NCBI GenBank assembly: GCA_013151965.1
Contig: JAADHF010000132.1
Coordinates: 10,412-74,411 of the forward strand
Source of the DNA: Spirochaetota bacterium
Lineage (GTDB): Bacteria; Spirochaetota; Spirochaetia; SZUA-6
DNA: 64,000 nt
Direction: 5' to 3'
How positions within the stretch are numbered: position 1 is the first letter of the stretch; every line of letters begins with the position of its first letter. The notes beneath the pieces were generated by a model that did no database searches, was not told the origin of the DNA, and worked only from the letters and a program-made list of their open reading frames with translations. This document shows, piece by piece, positions 59,027-64,000 of the stretch. The position numbers and the translations under genes are program-made.

Positions 59027-60465
59027 AGAGAATTATCAGGTTTACAAGATATCGGTTCATAATGATCACCATATCTCTTATAGTTATTATTTCGGGTTAT
59101 ACGGGATTAATTATACGCGGCGGTTTTAACCTCGGCATAGATTTTAAGGGCGGTTTAACGGAACAGATTCAGATTGCTCCTGTTGCGTTTACCATATCGT
59201 ATACCGGAAAAGGCAAGGCAGAGGTTATTATTGCAAAGGGAGAAACAATCGGCCAGGGGACCGGCAGGCTTGAGTGTACAATTACGGAAAACGGCAAAAC
59301 CAATACGTACAGTTTTCCGTTTGCTAAATATGCCACACTTAAAAGCCTTGCGGATGCGGCAGGGAAACTGAAGGGGATTAAAATCGATTTAAAAGCGCCC
59401 CCTGATTTCCCTTCGTCGGTATTGATCTCACTTGATCATAATATCGATATAACCGGTAAAGAAATAGCCATAAACAGAATTCTGCGTAAGAATGAAAACA
59501 CTTTTGTTGATATAGAAGAACTCCGTACTGTTCTGGCCTCTCTTGGGAGGTACAGCCTTCAGCTTGTTAAAAGTCCGATAAATCAGGAATTCATTATTCG
59601 TGTCGAGGCAAATGATAATGATAAGAAGTTTCGCCAGAAAACAGAGAAAAAGATATTCGATGTTCTGAGCGCAAAGTTCGGAGGCGGCCGGGTCATTGTT
59701 AAAAAGACGGATTTTGTCGGTCCGAGGTTTTCACGTGATCTGGCGAAACAAACCATTTCTCTTACTATTGTCGCACTTGTCCTTATTCTGATATATATAA
59801 GCTTCAGGTTTAAACTTATATATGCCGTAGCGGCAATTCTCGCCCTTGTGCACGATGTTTCCGTCATGCTCGGGGTTATCGGAACATTCCATCTCGAGGT
59901 TACTACGGCAACAATTGCTGCGGTACTGACAATTATAGGATACTCGCTTAATGATACGATAGTTATATTTGACAGAATCCGTGAAAATGTAGGCTTAATC
60001 AGGGATGAAAGTCTGTCAACGATAATCGATACAAGTGTAAGCCAGTCACTGAGCAGAACGCTGATAACTTCTTTAACAACACTAGTTGCGGTTCTTGCCA
60101 TTTACGTCTTCGGAACCGGTTCCATAAAGCTTTTTGCTTTTAACCTGATAGTCGGTATCGTTGTCGGCACATACTCTTCCATATTTATCGCTTCACCGAT
60201 TGTACTCGGCTGGCATAATATGGTGGATAGACGCAGGAAGAGAAGTGATGCGATAAAGTACGGGGTAAAGGCAAATATTGTCCCCGTGTCGCGTATTAAA
60301 AGCAGTACTTCGCAGCTTAAGGAAGAAAGAGCAGGGAAACCTCTTTCCGTTAAAGGAGTTGAAAAAGGCGGGGAAGCTGAGGGAAAGCAGGAAAATGTGG
60401 CTCAAATGCCTGTCCTTACCGAGCGTAAACTGAGAAGGAAAAAGAAAAAGAAAAAGAAGAAATAA
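59023..60465 (+). CDS. secF: Protein translocase subunit SecF
   Basis: NLGIDFKGG, VGP, HDV, GYSLNDTIVIFDRIREN, GTYSSIFIA. Start set at ATG 59023, overlapping the secD stop. Confidence 0.96.
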   Translation: MKRIIRFTRYRFIMITISLIVIISGYTGLIIRGGFNLGIDFKGGLTEQIQIAPVAFTISYTGKGKAEVIIAKGETIGQGTGRLECTITENGKTNTYSFPFAKYATLKSLADAAGKLKGIKIDLKAPPDFPSSVLISLDHNIDITGKEIAINRILRKNENTFVDIEELRTVLASLGRYSLQLVKSPINQEFIIRVEANDNDKKFRQKTEKKIFDVLSAKFGGGRVIVKKTDFVGPRFSRDLAKQTISLTIVALVLILIYISFRFKLIYAVAAILALVHDVSVMLGVIGTFHLEVTTATIAAVLTIIGYSLNDTIVIFDRIRENVGLIRDESLSTIIDTSVSQSLSRTLITSLTTLVAVLAIYVFGTGSIKLFAFNLIVGIVVGTYSSIFIASPIVLGWHNMVDRRRKRSDAIKYGVKANIVPVSRIKSSTSQLKEERAGKPLSVKGVEKGGEAEGKQENVAQMPVLTERKLRRKKKKKKKK

Positions 60466-60471
60466 GAAATT

Positions 60472-61128
60472 ATGCGTCTGTTATGCTTTTCGGATATTCA
60501 CGGCAGAACCGATGGAATTGCAGGTATTCTTAAAAGTACCGGAAATATTGATATTGTGGTGCTGTCAGGGGATATAACTCAGAAGGGGAACTACAATACT
60601 GCAGAGAGTATAATGTCTGTTTTTGTAAATTCCGGTCTAAGGGTTCTTGCCGTCCCCGGTAATATGGATACCGGAGAAGTAGTCCGGTTTTTGGAAGATA
60701 AGAGAATAAACCTGCATGAAAAGAACAGTATTATCGATAATATTGGTTTTATCGGTCTCGGGGGCAGCGTAAAAACACCCATGAATACGCCGCTGGAAAT
60801 ATCGGAAACCGAGATGGAACAGGCCCTTAAGAGATCGTATGGTGATGTTAAAGAAACCGAAGTTAAAGTACTTATAACACATACGCCGCCGAAGAGGAGT
60901 TCACTGGACAGAGTTTTTGCCGGCATTCATGCCGGATCCGAGGCAGTGAGGAATTTTATCGAAAATAATAAAATTGATCTCTGTATATGCGGACACATAC
61001 ATGAATCCGGAGGAGAAGAGGTTATAAACGGGTGTATGTGTGTTAATACCGGTGCATACAAAAACGGTAATTATTGTATAGCTGATATCGGCTTAAAGGG
61101 AATAAAAATTGAACGGAGGAAGGTATGA
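60472..61128 (+). CDS. Calcineurin-like metallophosphoesterase
   Basis: SDIHG, SGDIT, PGNMD, THTPP, CGHIHE. Confidence 0.9.
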   Translation: MRLLCFSDIHGRTDGIAGILKSTGNIDIVVLSGDITQKGNYNTAESIMSVFVNSGLRVLAVPGNMDTGEVVRFLEDKRINLHEKNSIIDNIGFIGLGGSVKTPMNTPLEISETEMEQALKRSYGDVKETEVKVLITHTPPKRSSLDRVFAGIHAGSEAVRNFIENNKIDLCICGHIHESGGEEVINGCMCVNTGAYKNGNYCIADIGLKGIKIERRKV

Positions 61129-63101
61129 ATATAAAAGGGTTGGAAGCTGCAGCATTGTCTGTCAGAACCTTAACTGTAGATGCAGTACAGGCAGCTAATT
61201 CCGGGCATCCCGGATTGCCTATGGGCTGTGCGGAATTGGGTTCCCTTATTTACGGCGAGGTGCTTCATCATAATCCGGCACATCCGGAATGGCCGGACAG
61301 GGATAGATTTGTACTGTCTGCAGGGCATGGAGTGCTTCTCGAGTATGCGCTTCTGTATATGTCCGGTTATGATATTTCGGTAGATGATATTTCTAAATTC
61401 CGCAGGCTCGGGTCAAAGGCTCCGGGGCATCCCGAGTATGGTGTAACTCCGGGCATAGAGACAACAACCGGTCCTCTCGGCCAGGGATTCGGCAATGGAG
61501 TGGGTATGGCAATAGCCGAAAGAATGCTTTCCGCTAAATTCAATACCGGTAAACACAAAATTGTGGATCATTTTACCTATGTTTTAACAGGCGACGGAGA
61601 CCTGATGGAGGGCATCAGTTCGGAAGCAGCTTCTCTTGCAGGGCATCTCGGACTTGGAAAATTAATTGTATTTTATGATTCAAATAGTGTCACAATAGAA
61701 GGTTCGACAGATCTTGCATTTACGGAAGATGTTCTTAAACGGTTCGAAGCTTACGGGTGGCATACTCTTTCCGGGGATTCCTATAACTTTAAAGAGGTTG
61801 CGGGACTGGTGGAAGAGGCAAAAGGTGTTAAAGACAGACCTTCTATCATTAAGCTGACCTCGGTAATAGCAAAGGGCTCTCCTCATCTTGCCGGAAATCC
61901 GAAAGCTCACGGGGCTCCGCTGGGAGAGGAAGAGGTAAAGGCTGTAAAGAAAGCTCTGGGCGTGCCGGCCGATTCACGGTTTTATGTAGCGGATGAGGCC
62001 CTGGAATATTTTAAGACCAGAAGAGAGCTGTGGGAAGAAGAGTACAGGGCATGGACGGATAGGTTTGATAAATGGAAAAGTGAAAACAGAGAACTGTACA
62101 ATGAGTGGATTGGATACTTTAACTGGAAAAAACCTTCGGAATACATGATTGATATGCCGGAATTTAAGACCGGGGATAAAATTGCCACAAGAGCTGCAGG
62201 AGGGAAAGTGTTAAATGCAATTGCTAAAGCCGTTCCGAATCTGGTCGGAGGCTCTGCGGATTTGGGACCTTCCAATAAGACGGTGATGGAAGGTGCGGGT
62301 GAATTCGCAAAGAATAATCCTTCCGGGAGGAATATTCACTTCGGAGTCAGAGAGCATGCCATGGGTTCGATTACGAATGGTATTGTGCTTCATGGGGGAT
62401 TAAGGCCTTTCTGTGCAACCTTCCTCGTTTTCTCCGATTATATGAAGCCGCCCATAAGGCTTGCAAGTATGATGAAGATTCCGGTAATATATGTTTTTAC
62501 CCATGATTCTATCTTTGTCGGAGAAGACGGGCCTACTCATGAACCGGTGGAGCAGCTTGCCGCCCTGCGCAGTATTCCGGGGCTTATAACATTAAGGCCG
62601 GGTGATGCGGAAGAAACAGCCGAAGCCTGGTTAATGGCCATCGGAAGGCAGGACGGGCCGACTGCCATGGCATTAACACGCCAGGGTCTGGTCGTGTATT
62701 CGAAGTATGATAAAAACTGGAAGGATAATATAAGAAAGGGCGCATATATTGTAAAAGAACCGGATGGTAAACCGGATGTTATTGTTATTGCAACCGGCTC
62801 CGAGGTTTCTATGGCTCTGGAAGCGGCGGAAAAGATTAAGGATAAACGTGTTCGTGTTGTTTCGATGATCTCTTATGAATTGTTTAAGCAGCAGAATGAT
62901 AATTTTAAAAATAATATTATTCCCCCGAATATCCGAAGAGTTGTAGTAGAGGCCGGAACATCTTTCGGATGGACAGGGCTGGTTTTAAATGATAATGATG
63001 CTGTTGCGATTGACAGGTTCGGAGAATCAGGGTCCGGCCGGGAAGTGGCGGAAGATATGGGGCTCACGGCAGAGTCGCTCGTGAAAAGGATACTGTTATA
63101 A
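61125..63101 (+). CDS. tkt: Transketolase
   Basis: SGHPGLP, RDRFVLSAGH, TTGPLGQG, GDGDLMEG, FGVREHAM, GEDGPTH. Confidence 0.98.
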   Translation: MNIKGLEAAALSVRTLTVDAVQAANSGHPGLPMGCAELGSLIYGEVLHHNPAHPEWPDRDRFVLSAGHGVLLEYALLYMSGYDISVDDISKFRRLGSKAPGHPEYGVTPGIETTTGPLGQGFGNGVGMAIAERMLSAKFNTGKHKIVDHFTYVLTGDGDLMEGISSEAASLAGHLGLGKLIVFYDSNSVTIEGSTDLAFTEDVLKRFEAYGWHTLSGDSYNFKEVAGLVEEAKGVKDRPSIIKLTSVIAKGSPHLAGNPKAHGAPLGEEEVKAVKKALGVPADSRFYVADEALEYFKTRRELWEEEYRAWTDRFDKWKSENRELYNEWIGYFNWKKPSEYMIDMPEFKTGDKIATRAAGGKVLNAIAKAVPNLVGGSADLGPSNKTVMEGAGEFAKNNPSGRNIHFGVREHAMGSITNGIVLHGGLRPFCATFLVFSDYMKPPIRLASMMKIPVIYVFTHDSIFVGEDGPTHEPVEQLAALRSIPGLITLRPGDAEETAEAWLMAIGRQDGPTAMALTRQGLVVYSKYDKNWKDNIRKGAYIVKEPDGKPDVIVIATGSEVSMALEAAEKIKDKRVRVVSMISYELFKQQNDNFKNNIIPPNIRRVVVEAGTSFGWTGLVLNDNDAVAIDRFGESGSGREVAEDMGLTAESLVKRILL

Positions 63102-63104
63102 GAT

Positions 63105-64000
63105 ATGGATTCGAATAATAAAAATGGTGAAATTGATGACTTAGTAAGGTTAACGTTTTTTTCTGATGTTGTGCGGGGTCTATCCGCGGCAAAAACCATA
63201 AACGAAGTTATCCGGCAGGTAATGGAGAAGATAGGAACCATTTTTGCCCCCCTTAACTGGTCGCTTTTGCTCAGAAACAGAAGAACAGGTGAACTGTTTT
63301 TTAAGGTTGTTGTGGGAAAGAATGCTGAAAAACTTAAAGGCCGGACTGTGCCCAAAGGTACCGGCGTGGCAAACTGGATAGCGGATAAAGGTCAGGCGGT
63401 TATCATCGAAGATGTAACAAAAGATCCGCGCTTTAACAGTTATTTTGATAAGACAACCGGCTTTAAAACAAAGTCTATTATCGGGGTGCCCTTAAAAACA
63501 GAAGACAGGGTTTTCGGAGTCATAGAGTTAATTAACAAACTAAACGGGAAAATTTTTACACCTTTTGAGTTAAAAATACTCTCTACAATAGGTGATTTTG
63601 CGGCGATTGCAATGGCCAAGATATACTACTTCAGTGCGTTAAAAAAAATAGCGACTATAGATCCATTGACAAACATATACAACCGGAGGATTTTCGATAA
63701 TCAGTTCAAAAGAGAATCAGAGAGGTGCAGACGGTACGGCGGCGCTCTTTCGATTCTCATGCTGGATGTGGATGAGTTTAAAAAAATAAACGATCAGTTC
63801 GGTCATCCTGCAGGAGATAAGGTTCTTAAGAATCTTGCCAAGATATTGGAGAAGAATATCAGGAAAGTGGATATCGTAGCCCGGTACGGCGGTGATGAAT
63901 TTGTAATACTTATGCCTAATACGGACAGGAAAGAGGCGGAACTTGTCAGGGAGAGAATTAAAAAAGATATAGAAGAATTTAACAGTTCCGGTACGGATTT
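63105..64000 (+). CDS. GAF-GGDEF diguanylate cyclase (3' end runs off the window; absent from the ORF track)
   Basis: Translated by hand from ATG 63105: GAF (GVANWIA, DVTKDPRFN, SIIGVPL), DPLTNIYNRR, DVDEFKKINDQFGH.AGD, RKVD I-site and RYGGDEF (GGDEF starts at 63888). Confidence 0.92.
   Translation, partial: MDSNNKNGEIDDLVRLTFFSDVVRGLSAAKTINEVIRQVMEKIGTIFAPLNWSLLLRNRRTGELFFKVVVGKNAEKLKGRTVPKGTGVANWIADKGQAVIIEDVTKDPRFNSYFDKTTGFKTKSIIGVPLKTEDRVFGVIELINKLNGKIFTPFELKILSTIGDFAAIAMAKIYYFSALKKIATIDPLTNIYNRRIFDNQFKRESERCRRYGGALSILMLDVDEFKKINDQFGHPAGDKVLKNLAKILEKNIRKVDIVARYGGDEFVILMPNTDRKEAELVRERIKKDIEEFNSSGTD

Overview
Chromosomal window from a free-living, anaerobic-type spirochaete (Spirochaetota). 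The assignment is inferred from two FlaB flagellins starting MIINHNMSA, the flgK-flgL-fliW-csrA block, a PlzA-like PilZ protein and groEL without groES. Contents in order: (1) the tail of an accessory cluster of three URO-D/MtaA-family genes and an N-acylglucosamine 2-epimerase (1-4145); (2) a late flagellar locus with c-di-GMP genes and tsaBE (4.5-20.3 kb); (3) infC-rpmI-rplT-zapB-zapA followed by a 6S RNA; (4) a large helical-repeat/class III cyclase fusion; (5) a ~14.7 kb minus-strand Wood-Ljungdahl carbonyl-branch operon (cooC-cooS-cooF-FAD/NAD oxidoreductase-acsB-acsC-acsV-cooC2-acsD-acsE-DRTGG protein-DUF166-ferredoxin) behind a perfect sigma70 promoter; (6) housekeeping genes (ygfA, EndoQ, mnmA, pgl, birA, groEL, yajC-secDF, tkt) and a GAF-GGDEF gene that runs off the end. 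The most interesting signals are: the CODH/ACS operon with an embedded CooF-flavoprotein module; a PilZ gene coupled to a caspase/CHAT-like ORF; an Hsp70 peptide-binding-like domain fused to a TM helix and OmpA domain; a periodic GGA array before flgL; CsrA-type hairpins and complementary 5'/3' UTR elements around the tandem flagellins; and a collapsed MNT-HEPN toxin-antitoxin relic. No rRNA, tRNA, CRISPR array or intact transposase was seen. All calls come from reading motifs by eye; no searches were run.
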